DNA from: an uncultured Acidobacteriota bacterium
GTDB lineage: Bacteria > Acidobacteriota > Thermoanaerobaculia > Multivoradales > JAGPDF01
Reading direction: 5' to 3'
Assembly: GCA_963803995.1 (NCBI GenBank)
Contig: CAWDOT010000005.1
Coordinates: 179,154 to 243,153 of the forward strand
DNA length: 64,000 nucleotides
The notes under the pieces are model-generated. The model ran no database searches. It saw only the letters and a program-made list of their open reading frames with translations, and was not told where the DNA came from. Within the stretch, counting starts at the first letter, position 1. The number at the start of each line of letters is the position of its first letter. The translations under genes were made by a program, and so were the position numbers. Positions 18,289-28,648 of this stretch are shown here, in pieces.

Positions 18289-19526
18289 GCCGGCGGCGCG
18301 GGCAGGAAGCGGGCCGGGATGCCGTGCTCGCGGGCACCCGAGGAGTGTGCCCAGCGCAGAAAGCCCGCGCGGTCGGCGCCCGTCGGATCCGGATACGCGG
18401 CGCGCACGTCAGGGCGCCGGGCGAACACGCCGGCCCAGAGCCGTGACAGCGCAGGCACCGGCGCGCCCGCGCGCTCCTCCGGTCGCCCGAGCCAGGCGGC
18501 GAAGCTCTCCGCGTCGGCGCTCGCGAAGGGGTCGCCGAAGCGCTCGGCCCCATCCGCCAGCTCTCGATAGATCTCGCGCGCGACGTCGGGAATCGGCGTG
18601 CCGTCCTCGAAGCACCCGAAGGCGTAAGGCCAGCTCCGGCTCGCCGTCCACTGCGCCGCCTCGAGCTCGAGCGCGTAGCGCCGGCAGAGCTCCCCGACCG
18701 CGCCGGTCGCGTCGTCCGCCCCCGCGGGCAGGTGCAGCGACAGCCGTTCCGCCCGGTGCGGGTCGAAGCCGCTGAAATGGAAGAGGCGCAGGGGCCTGCC
18801 CGCCGCCTCGAACCGGTCGCCCCGGCGCTCCACCGGGCGCTCCCGCAGGTTCCAGTAGGCGACGTTCACGCCCGGATCGCGCAGCACGTGGACCCCTTCG
18901 AAAAACGCCGGCGCCAGGTCGTTCCAGCGCTGATCGTGGTGATACCCCTCGGCCGGAGCCAGCCGGCAGTCCGTGAGCAGCCGCTCCCGCCACCAGGCGA
19001 GGTAGCGGCGCGCCTCGGGGTGGGCGGCGACGCCGAGAACGCCGTTGTTGAACGTGCCGGCGCGCAGCATCTCGAGCTCGCGGCGGGCCGCGTCCGCGCC
19101 CGCGAGCGGCTCGAGCAGATGGGGCGTCAGCAGGATCGGGGCCCGCTCGAGCGCCGCGAAGACCGGCGTCAGGTCGTCCAGGATCCAGAGGTCGGCGTCG
19201 AGGAAGAGCACGCGGCGGTAGCCGCGATCGAGCAGGTGGTCGAGCAGATAGGGCTTGACCGCCACCGCCATCTCGCGCCGCGTGTACCGGAAGAGGAAAC
19301 GGCGCAACCCGGGAATGCCGATCTCGTCGAGCTCGACGGTCTCGAACGGCTCGCGCGCGGCGTCGAAGCAGCCCTCGACCCGATCGGCGAGGAGCGCGAT
19401 CAGCGGCACGTCCGGGTGCCGGTCGCGGAAGGAGCGGCCGAGGACCCGTGCGAAGGGCAGGTAGCTCTTCGCCGCGACGGTCGCGACGGCGAGATCGCCC
19501 GCCCCCTGGAGCCGGCCGGCGGTCAT
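18282..19526 (-). CDS. Putative GT-A fold glycosyltransferase (DxD motif), paralogue A
   Basis: MTAGRLQGAGDLAVATVAAKSYLPFARVL...RVLFLDADLWILDD...HFSGFD. Start ATG overlaps stop of paralogue B (ATGA). Confidence 0.6.
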   Translation of the reverse strand: MTAGRLQGAGDLAVATVAAKSYLPFARVLGRSFRDRHPDVPLIALLADRVEGCFDAAREPFETVELDEIGIPGLRRFLFRYTRREMAVAVKPYLLDHLLDRGYRRVLFLDADLWILDDLTPVFAALERAPILLTPHLLEPLAGADAARRELEMLRAGTFNNGVLGVAAHPEARRYLAWWRERLLTDCRLAPAEGYHHDQRWNDLAPAFFEGVHVLRDPGVNVAYWNLRERPVERRGDRFEAAGRPLRLFHFSGFDPHRAERLSLHLPAGADDATGAVGELCRRYALELEAAQWTASRSWPYAFGCFEDGTPIPDVAREIYRELADGAERFGDPFASADAESFAAWLGRPEERAGAPVPALSRLWAGVFARRPDVRAAYPDPTGADRAGFLRWAHSSGAREHGIPARFLPAPPAQ

Positions 19527-20740
19527 GGCTCGCGGTGCCCCAGCAGCTCGGCCGGCGCGCCGTGCTCGGAGAGCCCGGAACGGACGGTCCAGTCGAGGAA
19601 AGCCCGACGGTGGGCGCCCTCGAGGTCCGGAAACGCCTGCCGCACATCGGGGCGACGATCGTAGACCGCCCGCCAGAACCGATTCAGGCGCAGGGTGGGG
19701 TCGGCGACCCCGTCGACCGGCTCCTCGAGGAAGCGGCGGAAGCTGCCGGCGGGCGCCGCCGCGAACGGATCGCCGAAGCGCTCGAGATCCGCGTCGTCGA
19801 GGCTCGAATAGAGCTCGCGGGCGAGGTCGGGGATCGCGACGCCGTCGTCGAAGCAGCCGAAGGCGTAGGGCCAGGCGGAGATCCCGGCATGGCCGGCGGC
19901 GTCGAGCGCCAACCGGTAGCGCTCGAACAGCTCGGCGACGGGACCGGCCTCGGCGGCGGAGAGGCGCGCGGAGTGGCGGGTCAGCTGATGCGGCCGCGCC
20001 GGATCGTGGCCGCTGAAGCGCACGATGCGGCCGGGGCAGCCGTCCACTCTCACGTCGTCCCCGTCGACCTCGACCCGCCGCTCGGGCAGGTTCCAGTGCC
20101 CGACGTTGGCGCCCGGGTCGCGCACGATCTCGGCCTCGGGAAACCAGCCGGGTACCAGATCGAGCCAGCGCTGCTCGTAGTGCAGCCCCCCGGCGACCGC
20201 CTGGCGGCAGCCGGCCGCGGTGCGCTCCCCCCACCAGGCGAGGAAGCGGCGCGCCACGGGAGCCTCGGCGACGCCCAGCATCCCGACGTTGTAGACGCCC
20301 GACAGCAGGATGTTGACCTCGCGTGCGACCGCGTCCGCGCCGGAGAGCGGCGCGAGCAGGTGCGGCGTCAGCAGGATCGGGCGCTGGGCGAGCCGGTCGA
20401 AGATCGGACCGAGATCGCCGACCACCAGGGTCTCCTGCTTGAGAAACAGGATGCGATCGAACCCGCGGTCGAGCAGGTGCGCGATCAGGAAGGGGGTCGC
20501 CGCGTAGCTGAGCTCCTGCTGGGCGTGGCGGAAGCGGAAGCGCTCCGGGCGGGAGATCGCGAGGTCGGCGAGGCCGACGCACTCGAAGCGTTCCGCCGCG
20601 GGGTCGAAACACCCCTCGGCCTCGTCGGCGAGCAGCACGAAGAAGGGCAGGTCCGGATGCCGGCGCCGGAAGGAGTCGGCCAGCACGCGCGCGTGGGCCA
20701 GCCAGCTCTTGGCGACGATCGTCGCGGCCGCCGCTGGCAT
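19523..20740 (-). CDS. Putative GT-A fold glycosyltransferase (DxD motif), paralogue B
   Basis: MPAAAATIVAKSWLAHARVL...RILFLKQETLVVGD...RFSGHD. Collinear with paralogue A along the whole length, about 40-45% identical. Confidence 0.6.
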   Translation of the reverse strand: MPAAAATIVAKSWLAHARVLADSFRRRHPDLPFFVLLADEAEGCFDPAAERFECVGLADLAISRPERFRFRHAQQELSYAATPFLIAHLLDRGFDRILFLKQETLVVGDLGPIFDRLAQRPILLTPHLLAPLSGADAVAREVNILLSGVYNVGMLGVAEAPVARRFLAWWGERTAAGCRQAVAGGLHYEQRWLDLVPGWFPEAEIVRDPGANVGHWNLPERRVEVDGDDVRVDGCPGRIVRFSGHDPARPHQLTRHSARLSAAEAGPVAELFERYRLALDAAGHAGISAWPYAFGCFDDGVAIPDLARELYSSLDDADLERFGDPFAAAPAGSFRRFLEEPVDGVADPTLRLNRFWRAVYDRRPDVRQAFPDLEGAHRRAFLDWTVRSGLSEHGAPAELLGHREP

Positions 20741-20929
20741 CACCCACCGCCCTCGCCGCCGGCGAGCGTCAGCATCTCGCCGGCGATCCGGAAGGTCGGA
20801 CCCCGGAACCATCGCTTCCCGTGGTGGTGCCAGGGCAAGCGGGCCGGCCGGCCGAGGGCGACGGAGAGACTCATCGCCCCATTCTCGCATCGCGGGCGGC
20901 CGCCGTCTGCCCGCGCGGCCCGGTCCCGC

Positions 20930-22231
20930 CTAGCGCATCGCTTCCATCGGCGAGAGCTTCGCGGCGCGCAGCGCCGGGTAGAGGCCGAAGACGGCGGCCA
21001 GAACCAGCGCCGAGGCCCAACCCGCGGCCAGGCCGAAGCGGCTGACGATCAGGCCGTAGGGGAAGAAGCCCGAGAGGGCGCGGCAGAGCGCGGCGCCGCC
21101 GACGGTGCCGACGAAGGCGCCGATTGCGGCGAGCACCAGCGCCTCGAGCAGGAACTGGCCGAGGATCTGGCCGTCGGTCGCGCCCAGCGACTTGCGCAGG
21201 CCGATCTCGTAGCGCCGCTCGGAGAACGAGATCAGCATCACCGAGAGCACGCCGACGCCGCCCACCAGGAGCACGGTGATCGCCAGGCTGTAGAGCACGA
21301 TCGCCCAGCCGCGCATCTGCTCGAGGAAGCGCGAGTAGGCCTTCGCGCCCTCGGCGTCGAGGTCGAGCACGCGCACGTCGTCGATGCCGTGGTGCGCCTG
21401 CCGGATGCGTCCCAGGACCACCGGGGCCATCTCCTCGAAGTCCTCCGGGGACTTCAGCTTCACCGCGACGTGGGCGAGCTTGTGGTCGGGGTCGAGCCGG
21501 TCCATGTAGGTCTCGAGCGGCACGTGGACGCCGTTGGCGTCCATGTAGTTCTCGTCGGAGAAGAGCATCCCGGGCGCCTGCACGCCGACGATCCGGTAGG
21601 GGACACCCTCGATCACCAGGTCGCGGCCGACCGGGTCGCTGCCGCCGTAGAGCTTGGATGCGAGCGTCGCGCCCACCACGGCGACGGTGCGCCGCCGCTT
21701 CTGGTCGTCCTCGGTGAGGCCGCGGCCGAGCGCGATCGGCCGGTTCATCAGCCAGGCGTAGTCGGCGGTGACGCCGGTGACGAAGATCCGCTCGCTGCCG
21801 CCGGTGGCCCGCACGTTGACCCGCCGGGTCGCACGCGGCGCGAACCCGAGGATCTTCTCGTGCGGCAGGGTCAGGCGCGCCAGGTCCTCGTAGCGCAGCC
21901 CCGGGCTCATCGCGTAGCGCTTCTGCTCCTCGGTGGTGCGCGGCTCGCGCGGGGCCAGCAGCAGCGTGCCGTCCCAGCTCATGCCGGCGAAGCCGGTGGC
22001 GATCTTGTCCTTGATGCCGTCGAGCACCGAGGTCATCACCACCAGGGCGAAGACCCCGAGCATGAGCAGGGTGAGGGTGAGGATCGAGCGCATCTTGTGC
22101 GCCCAGAGCTCGACGAAGCCGCCGGCGACGACCTCCCAGGCGAGCGCCAGGCGGGCGACGAGCCCGCTCCTCGGCGCCGGCGCCGCCCCGAGCCCGAGCG
22201 CGCGCTCGCGGACGAGCAGGCTCTCACTCAT
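20930..22231 (-). CDS. ABC transporter permease, FtsX/MacB family
   Basis: N-terminal TM, large periplasmic domain, C-terminal FtsX 3-TM bundle (IGLRKSLGATDGQILGQFLLEALVLAAIGAFVG). Confidence 0.8.
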   Translation of the reverse strand: MSESLLVRERALGLGAAPAPRSGLVARLALAWEVVAGGFVELWAHKMRSILTLTLLMLGVFALVVMTSVLDGIKDKIATGFAGMSWDGTLLLAPREPRTTEEQKRYAMSPGLRYEDLARLTLPHEKILGFAPRATRRVNVRATGGSERIFVTGVTADYAWLMNRPIALGRGLTEDDQKRRRTVAVVGATLASKLYGGSDPVGRDLVIEGVPYRIVGVQAPGMLFSDENYMDANGVHVPLETYMDRLDPDHKLAHVAVKLKSPEDFEEMAPVVLGRIRQAHHGIDDVRVLDLDAEGAKAYSRFLEQMRGWAIVLYSLAITVLLVGGVGVLSVMLISFSERRYEIGLRKSLGATDGQILGQFLLEALVLAAIGAFVGTVGGAALCRALSGFFPYGLIVSRFGLAAGWASALVLAAVFGLYPALRAAKLSPMEAMR

Positions 22232-23474
22232 AGCGCAGCGCCTCCATCGGGGAGAGGCGGCTCGCCCGCCAGGCCGGATAGAGCGCGAACAGGAAGCCGA
22301 AGACGAGCGCCAGCAGGAAGGCCCAGAGGAAGCTCGCCGGCGCCAGCGTCAGCGGGATGCCGATCGCCTTCGTGATCACCCAGGAGAGGCCGACGCCGAC
22401 GCCGAAGCCGCCGACGCCGCCGAGCACCGACAGCAGCATCGCCTCGGTCAGGAAGCCGCGGAAGATCTCGCCGCCCGAGGCGCCGATCGCCATCTTCACC
22501 CCGACCTCGCGCACCCGCTCCTTGAGCGACGCGAGCTGGATGTTGACGTTGACCATGCCGCCGCCGACCAGCGCGAGCACTCCCGAGAGCATGAAGATCA
22601 GGTTGTAGACGTCGCCCTGGCTCATCTGGCGCTCGAGCCGCTTGGCCATGTCGTCGAGCCGGTAGTCGCGCTGCTGGCGGTGGCTCGAGTAGACGAGCGC
22701 CGAGAGCTGCTTCGAGAAATCGGCGACATCCTCGACTTTCGGCACCCGGAAAGTGACGCGGTCGAGCCGGTGGTAGTCGTCGCCCTGCATGCGCCCCGCG
22801 ACCAGGCCGGAGGGCACGGCGACGATCCGGTTGCGCCAGGCGAACTGGTTGTGCGACCCCGCGCGGAAGCGGAAGACCTTCTCCTCGAGCACGCCGATCA
22901 CGGTCACCGGCACCTCGCCGACGCGCAGCGTCTGGCCGACGACGTCGCCGGTCGGGAAGAAGGTCTCGGCCGCCTCGGAACCGAGGATCGCCACCGCGCT
23001 CCCCCGCTCCTGGTCGTGCGTGGAGAGCTCCCGCCCCTGCTCGAGCCGGTACCCCTGGATCGGCAGGTAGTCGGCGCCGATGCCGGTCACCTGGCGCTCC
23101 TGGTCGGCCCAGGCCGAGCGCACCCGGGCGTTCACCGAGCGCTGGATCGAGACCCCCTCGACCGCCTCGGCGTCGAGCTCGGTGCCGCGCCGCGCGTCCT
23201 CGGCGCGCAGGCCGAGGTTGGCCATCTTGAGGGCCGACGGGCGTCCCTCCTCGACCACCTCCACCGGAAAGACGTTGAGCTTGTCGATGCCGCCCACCTT
23301 CGCGAACAGGCGCTCGGCCTGGCGGCGCTGGCTGTCGGAGATCGAGAAGCCGCCGAGCACCGAGGCGACGCCGAGCATGATGCCGAGCGCCTGGAGCAGC
23401 GAGCGGCCAGGGTTCTCCGCGATCTCCACCCAGGCCGAGCGGAGCCGTTCGCGAAACGCGCCGGTCGTCTTCAT
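22224..23474 (-). CDS. ABC transporter permease, FtsX/MacB family (second copy)
   Basis: Same architecture (VGVKMAIGASGGEIFRGFLTEAMLLSVLGGVGG). Confidence 0.8.
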   Translation of the reverse strand: MKTTGAFRERLRSAWVEIAENPGRSLLQALGIMLGVASVLGGFSISDSQRRQAERLFAKVGGIDKLNVFPVEVVEEGRPSALKMANLGLRAEDARRGTELDAEAVEGVSIQRSVNARVRSAWADQERQVTGIGADYLPIQGYRLEQGRELSTHDQERGSAVAILGSEAAETFFPTGDVVGQTLRVGEVPVTVIGVLEEKVFRFRAGSHNQFAWRNRIVAVPSGLVAGRMQGDDYHRLDRVTFRVPKVEDVADFSKQLSALVYSSHRQQRDYRLDDMAKRLERQMSQGDVYNLIFMLSGVLALVGGGMVNVNIQLASLKERVREVGVKMAIGASGGEIFRGFLTEAMLLSVLGGVGGFGVGVGLSWVITKAIGIPLTLAPASFLWAFLLALVFGFLFALYPAWRASRLSPMEALRYE

Positions 23475-24163
23475 GCCGCGGCCGCCTCCGGCACGTGCAC
23501 GAGGCCGTCGCGGATCTCGACCTGGCGCCCGGCGAGCGCCGCGATGTTCGGATCGTGGGTGACCAGCAGCAGCGTGTTGCCCTTGCGGTTGAGCTCGGCG
23601 AAGAGCTCGAGCACTTCGTGACCGGTCTTCGAGTCGAGCGCGCCGGTCGGCTCGTCGGCGAGCAGCAGCGCCGGCCGGTTGGCGAGCGCGCGGGCGATCG
23701 CCACGCGCTGGCGCTGGCCGCCGGAGAGCTGGCCCGGCAGGCTCTTCGCCTTCTCCGGGATGCCGACCAGCTCGAGCAGCTCCTCGGCGCGCTCACGCCG
23801 CTCGCGCGCCGGCCAGCCGGCGTAGAGCAGCGGCAGCTCGACGTTGCGCGCGACCGAGGCGCGCGGCAGCAGGTTGTAGCTCTGGAAGACGAAGCCGACC
23901 TTGGCGTTGCGCACCGCGGCGAGCGCCGCGCCGGCGAGCTCCTCGACCGGCTCGCCGTCGAGCCGGTAGGTGCCGGCGGTCGGCCGGTCGAGGCAGCCGA
24001 TCAGCGCCATCAGGGTCGACTTGCCCGAACCCGAGGGCCCGACCAGCGCGACGAACTCGCCGCGCGCGACGTCGAGGTCGACGCCGCGCAGCGCGTGCAC
24101 CGCGGTGCCGTTGCTGCCGTAGACCTTGGTGAGGCCGCGCGCCTCGATGATCGGGGCGGCCAC
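23471..24163 (-). CDS. ABC transporter ATP-binding protein (MacB/LolD-type)
   Basis: Walker [10 protein letters not shown], signature [15 protein letters not shown], Walker [16 protein letters not shown] start at 24161..24163. Confidence 0.85.
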   Translation of the reverse strand: MAAPIIEARGLTKVYGSNGTAVHALRGVDLDVARGEFVALVGPSGSGKSTLMALIGCLDRPTAGTYRLDGEPVEELAGAALAAVRNAKVGFVFQSYNLLPRASVARNVELPLLYAGWPARERRERAEELLELVGIPEKAKSLPGQLSGGQRQRVAIARALANRPALLLADEPTGALDSKTGHEVLELFAELNRKGNTLLLVTHDPNIAALAGRQVEIRDGLVHVPEAAAA

Positions 24164-24164
24164 G

Positions 24165-25380
24165 TCAGTCGACCTCGTCGTCGCGCTCGACCTTCTTGCG
24201 CGTGGGATCCTCGAGCGCCACCTGGTCGCCGTCGGCGAGGCCGGCCATCACCTCGACCCGTTCGAGGGTCGCGATGCCCGCCTCGATGCCGACCGGCTCG
24301 AAGAACTCCTCCCAGTGCTCGGAGAGCCAGGTGTACTTGCTCTTGCCGGACAGGCCCGTGCGCGCCTTCTCGATCTCCGCTTCCGGCGAGGTCCTTCTTC
24401 AGCCGGTAGGCGACCACCTCGCCCTCGCGCCGCTGCAGCGCCTCGAGCGGGATCGAGAGCGCGTGCTCGCGCCGCTCGCCGAGGATCTCGACGTTGGCGC
24501 TCATGCCGGTGCGGAAGGAGGCGTCGAGCTCGTCGAGCGCGATCTCGGTCTCGAAGACCTTGATCTTGTCGGCGAGCGTCGCCGCCGGCGCCACGAACCG
24601 GACCTTGCCGGTGAAGGCCTTCTGCGGGTAGGCGTCGAGCGTCACGCGCACCGGCTGCCCGGGTCCCACCTTGGCGATGTCGACCTCGTTGAGATTGACC
24701 TTGATCACCAGCGAGCCGAGGTCGGCGACCGTGAACAGCACCGTGCCGGCGTTGAACGAGGAGACGCCGGAGGTGACCGTCTCGCCGAGCTCGACGCCGC
24801 GCTGGATCACCACGCCGTCCATCGGCGCCACGACCCGCGCGACCTGCGAGCCGGCGGCCGAGATCGGGATGCCGTGGTCCTCGACGATGCGGTAGCGCGT
24901 GCGCGCGGCCTCGAGATCCTGCGCCGCGAGGTCGCGGGCGGTCTCGAACTCGCGCAGCGACTCGCTGCCGAGCAGGCCCGCGTCCGCGAGCCGCCGCTGC
25001 GTGGCGAGCGCGCGCTCGGCGTCGCGCAGCTTGAGCTCGGCCTGGTCGACCGCCGAAGTCACCTCGGAGAGCGACTGCGCCTGGGTGACGTCCGGCTCGA
25101 CCTCGGCCAGCAGGTCGCCGCGCCGGACCTGGTCGCCCTCGCGCACGTGCAGCTTCACGATCCGCCCCGACACGGTCGACTTGACCTCGACCTTGTTGAG
25201 CGGGTCGACGACGCCGACCTCGCGCACCGAGACCTGGAGGTCCTCGGCCACCACTTTGCCGAGGCGGAAGGGCGGCTCCTTCGGCTCGGCCGGCGTGTCG
25301 CCACGCCCCCTGGCGGCGATCAGGGTACCCGCGACGCCCAGGACGGCCACGCCCGCGATGATCCACTTCTTCCTGTCCAT
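24165..25380 (-). CDS. macA: Efflux transporter periplasmic adaptor subunit (MacA/HlyD family), frameshifted near 24388
   Basis: MDRKKWIIAGVAVLGVAGTLIAA signal anchor, coiled-coil and beta-barrel segments. The C-terminus (PEAEIEKARTGLSGKSKYTWLSEHWEEFFEPVGIEAGIATLERVEVMAGLADGDQVALEDP...) only reads in the +1 frame after the extra G at about 24388. Confidence 0.75.
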
Positions 25381-25580
25381 CGAAGCTCCCTCACGGCCCC
25401 GCGGGGCCCTCGGACTGACGATTGACCGCGACGCGGCCGAACGGCACTAGCGAGGACTACGCCGGAGGACCCGGAATGTTCCAGTCCGGGAGGGCGGGAA
25501 TGGTGTCGGGAGGGGTGGACGGGGACGAACCGGTCCCGTGGTGCCGTGAATCGGTGCGCCGGGCGCCGTCGCCGCCGCGC

Positions 25581-27060
25581 TCAGAGCGCCCGTTCGAGGC
25601 CGCGGCAGAGGGTGCGCAGGACGGTCAGGCGGGCCACCCGCTTGTCGTTGGCGGGCACGATCGTCCAGGGCGCCGCGCGGGTGCTGGTGCGCGCCACCAT
25701 CTCGTTGACCGCCTCCTCGTAGCGCGTCCACCGCTTGCGGTTGCGCCAGTCCTCGTCGGTGATCTTGTGGCGCTTGTAGGCGACCTTCTCGCGCTCGCGG
25801 AAGCGGGCGAGCTGCTCGGACTTGCCGATCTGGAGCCAGAACTTCGCCAGCACCATGCCGTGCCCGACGAGCTGCGCCTCGAAGTCGTTGATCTCGGCGT
25901 AGGCGCGCGCCCACTCCGCCTCGGTGGCGAAGCCCTCGACCCGCTCGACCAGCACGCGCCCGTACCAGGAGCGGTCGTAGAGGGTCATCGTGCCGGCGCG
26001 CGGGAGGTGGCGCCAGAAGCGCCAGAGGTAGTGGTGGGCACGCTCCTCGTCGGTCGGCGCGGCGACCGAGATCACCTTGAAGTCGCGCGCGTCCATCGCT
26101 TCGGCGACCCGCCGGATGGCGCCCCCCTTGCCGGCCGCGTCCCACCCCTCGAAGACCGCCACGCTCGACTGCCGCCGTTGGTACGCCTCGCGCGCGAGCT
26201 CGGAGAGCCGGGCCTGGAGCTTCGCCAGCTCCTTCCGGTAGGCGTTGTCGGTCACGGTGCGGGTGAGGTCGACCCGGTCGAGGATGGTGAGACCGCCGGC
26301 GAGGGCGGCCGCGGCGGGCGGCGCGGGCGCCGAGGGGGCGGGGGACGCGGCGGGCGTCACCGCGCGCTGGAGCGCCGCGAGCAGCGTGCGGCCGGTGGTC
26401 AGCTCCCGGTAGCGATCGTCGGTCGCCTCGACGACGTGCCAGGGGGCGTGCTCGGTGTCGGTGCGCGCGAGCGCCCGTTCCGAGTGCTTGCGGAAGCGGT
26501 CGTAGAGCTCGAAGTGCTTCCAGTCGACCGGCGAGACCCGCCAGCTCGTCTCCGGATCGCGCTCCAGCCGGCGCAGGCGCCGCTTCTGGTCCTTCTTCGC
26601 GAGGTGGAACCAGAACTTGAGGATCAGCGCGCCGTCCTCGACCAGCATCTTCTCGAAGAAGGCGACGCGCGCCATGGCGTCGTCGAGCTCGCGCGGTCGA
26701 GATCCTGCCGTAGACGCGGCGGACGATCGGATCGGTGTACCAGGAGCCGAAGAAGATGCCGATCCGGCCGCGCGCCGGCAGGGTCCGCCAGAAGCGCCAG
26801 TAGCAGGGACGGTCGCGCTCCTCGTCGGAGAGCGGACCGAAGACGTGGGTCTCGAGGCCGCGGGTGTCGAGCCACTCGTGCAGCCGGTTGACGGTCTCCC
26901 CCTTGCCGGCGCCGTCGGCGCCGGAGACGACCAGGATCACCGGCACGCGGGTCGAGCGGAGCGCAACCTGCGCGGCGAGCAGATCGGCCCGCAGCTTCGG
27001 CACCTCCAGGTCCCAGACCTCCTTCGCGATCGTCCGCCCCACTTCCGCGGCCTCGAACAT
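25581..27060 (-). CDS. ppk2: Two-domain polyphosphate kinase 2 (PPK2 / polyphosphate:AMP phosphotransferase-like), frameshifted near 26690
   Basis: N-domain (VILVVSGADGAGKGETVNRLHEWLDTRGLETHVFGPLSDEERDRPCYWRFW). C-domain in ORF 25581..26675 (VAVFEGWDAAGKGGAIRRVAEAMDARDFKVISVAAPTDEERAHHYLWRFW). Confidence 0.8.
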
Positions 27061-27190
27061 GGCGAACCCCCCGGATCGGCTGCAGGAATCTGCCCCCCTT
27101 GTACTCCCCTTCGGGCGGGAGGGGGTAACCCCCCGGGGTGGCTGACGGCGGTCATGTCCGGCCGAGAATCCCCGTGATGAGCTATCGGCC

Positions 27191-27535
27191 ATGAGAGCCC
27201 TGAAACTGGTCCCCGTGGCGCTCTGCTTCCTGGTGCTCGGGGCCCATTCCTCCCGTTCCGGCTGGCCGCTCGCGGTCAGCGTTCTCCTCGCGGCCCTGCC
27301 GCTGCTGCTGCTCGCCCGCCGGCCCTGGGCGCCGCGGGTCCTCCAGATCGTCCTCCTGGTGGGCGCCGCCGAGTGGGTGCGGACGCTCTTCGGCCATGCC
27401 GCGGTCCGCCGCGCGCACGGCGAGCCCTGGCTGCGCATGGCGATCATCCTGGGCGTGGTCGCGCTGGCGACCGCGCTGTCGAGCCTGGCGCTGCGCAACT
27501 GGAGCCGGAACCGGAACCGGGAGGAGGCCGCATGA
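27191..27535 (+). CDS. Small integral membrane protein (114 aa)
   Basis: Three to four hydrophobic helices (LKLVPVALCFLVLGA..., LAVSVLLAALPLLLLA..., LRMAIILGVVALATAL). Stop overlaps the start of the next gene. Confidence 0.45.
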   Translation: MRALKLVPVALCFLVLGAHSSRSGWPLAVSVLLAALPLLLLARRPWAPRVLQIVLLVGAAEWVRTLFGHAAVRRAHGEPWLRMAIILGVVALATALSSLALRNWSRNRNREEAA

Positions 27536-27906
27536 ACGACCTCGGCGAGCGCCGCCTCCGCCGCGAGTGGCGGACGATCGAGGCGATGATCTCGATCACC
27601 TGCAAGGACCTGCACGGCGGCCGGCGCGGCGCGCTCTGCGCGGAGTGCCAGGAGCTGCGCGACTACGCCGAGCAGCGCCTCGTCCGCTGCCCCTTCGGCC
27701 AGGACAAGCCGACCTGCGCCAACTGCAAGGTGCACTGCTACAAGCCCGCGATGCGCGAGCAGATCCGGCGGGTCATGCGCCACGCGGGCCCGAAGATGCT
27801 CCTCCACCACCCGGCGCTCGCGCTCCTCCACCTCTGGGTCGACTCCCGGCGAGAAGCGCCCGCGAAGCCGGCTCGGCCCAAGGAGAACTCGTCAGCAGCG
27901 GTTTGA
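27532..27906 (+). CDS. Nitrous-oxide-stimulated promoter family protein (YgbA-like, Cys-rich)
   Basis: MNDLGERRLRREWRTIEAMISITCKDLHG...LCAECQELRDYAEQRLVRCPFGQDKPTCANCKVHCYKPAMREQIRRVMRHAGPKMLLHHP matches the YgbA_NO family consensus. Confidence 0.7.
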   Translation: MNDLGERRLRREWRTIEAMISITCKDLHGGRRGALCAECQELRDYAEQRLVRCPFGQDKPTCANCKVHCYKPAMREQIRRVMRHAGPKMLLHHPALALLHLWVDSRREAPAKPARPKENSSAAV

Positions 27907-27917
27907 GCGCGCGCTCC

Positions 27918-28313
27918 TCAGCCGTGCGCGACCGGCTCGACGTCGGTACGGGGGAAGTCGTCGCCCTTGAAGAGGAGCGGTTGGCCGCTGGCGATCGAGA
28001 GAGCGTAGGAGAAGCTGTCGCCGAAGTTGAGGCCGGCGGGGTGGCGCCCCCTGCCGAAGCGGCGGAGCGCTTCGCGCGCGAGCTCGGCCTGCTCGCGGTC
28101 GACCGGCACAATCTCGATTTCCGCCTTGAGGATCAGCAGATCGAGCTCGCGGCCGCCCGGCTCGCCGTAGCGGGACTCGACGACGGCCGCCGCCTCGACC
28201 AGCGCGGCGGCCGAGAGCAGGCGCACCGGATCCGCCTCGAGCGCTGCGCGGAAGGCCTCGGCCTCCGGCTCGTTGGCGAGCAGGGCAAGCAGCGCCGAGG
28301 TGTCGATCACCAT
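27918..28313 (-). CDS. vapC: Type II toxin VapC (PIN-domain ribonuclease)
   Basis: MVIDTSALLALLANEPEAEAF...VPVDREQAELAREALRRFGRGRHPAGLNFGDSFSYALS. Confidence 0.8.
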   Translation of the reverse strand: MVIDTSALLALLANEPEAEAFRAALEADPVRLLSAAALVEAAAVVESRYGEPGGRELDLLILKAEIEIVPVDREQAELAREALRRFGRGRHPAGLNFGDSFSYALSIASGQPLLFKGDDFPRTDVEPVAHG

Positions 28314-28322
28314 GCGCGCGGC

Positions 28323-28577
28323 TCAGCGCGGCAGACCGCGGTCGTCGTAGTCGAGAATCTCGTCGGCCGACCTCGGGTCGCGGACGGGCAGCGCGGCGAC
28401 CCGCTCGCCGATCCGGCGCAGCTCCTCGGCCAGGCCCGGTCGGCGCGGCCGGCTCCGCTGCCGCTCGAGCCGCTCGCGCAGCGAGCGGACGACCGCCTCG
28501 GTCAGAGTCTCTCCGGTCCGGCGTGCCAGCTCGCGCGCCAACCGGTCCGCTTCGGGGTCCTTGATGCTGAGTGCCAT
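28323..28577 (-). CDS. vapB: Type II antitoxin VapB (84 aa)
   Basis: [41 protein letters not shown], immediately upstream of vapC. Confidence 0.7.
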   Translation of the reverse strand: MALSIKDPEADRLARELARRTGETLTEAVVRSLRERLERQRSRPRRPGLAEELRRIGERVAALPVRDPRSADEILDYDDRGLPR

Positions 28578-28578
28578 G

Positions 28579-28603
28579 TCTATACTCCACCTCAGAGTAT
28601 AGA
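28579..28603. promoter_or_regulatory. Palindromic operator-like site at the vapBC promoter
   Basis: tctatactc-cacctca-gagtataga: 9-bp perfect inverted repeat directly 5' of the vapB start codon. Confidence 0.5.
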
Positions 28604-28648
28604 GTCTAGATCCGAGTTGCTCTGCCGTCCAGCGGCCCCGCCGAGGCT

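Noticed and set aside
20930-25380. MacAB-type ABC operon as the exporter for the borosin-type RiPP
   Set aside because: About 19 kb away, opposite context, and with no C39 peptidase domain. It has the generic macA-macB(ATPase)-ftsX-ftsX layout of lipoprotein/antimicrobial efflux systems, with no evidence of linkage.
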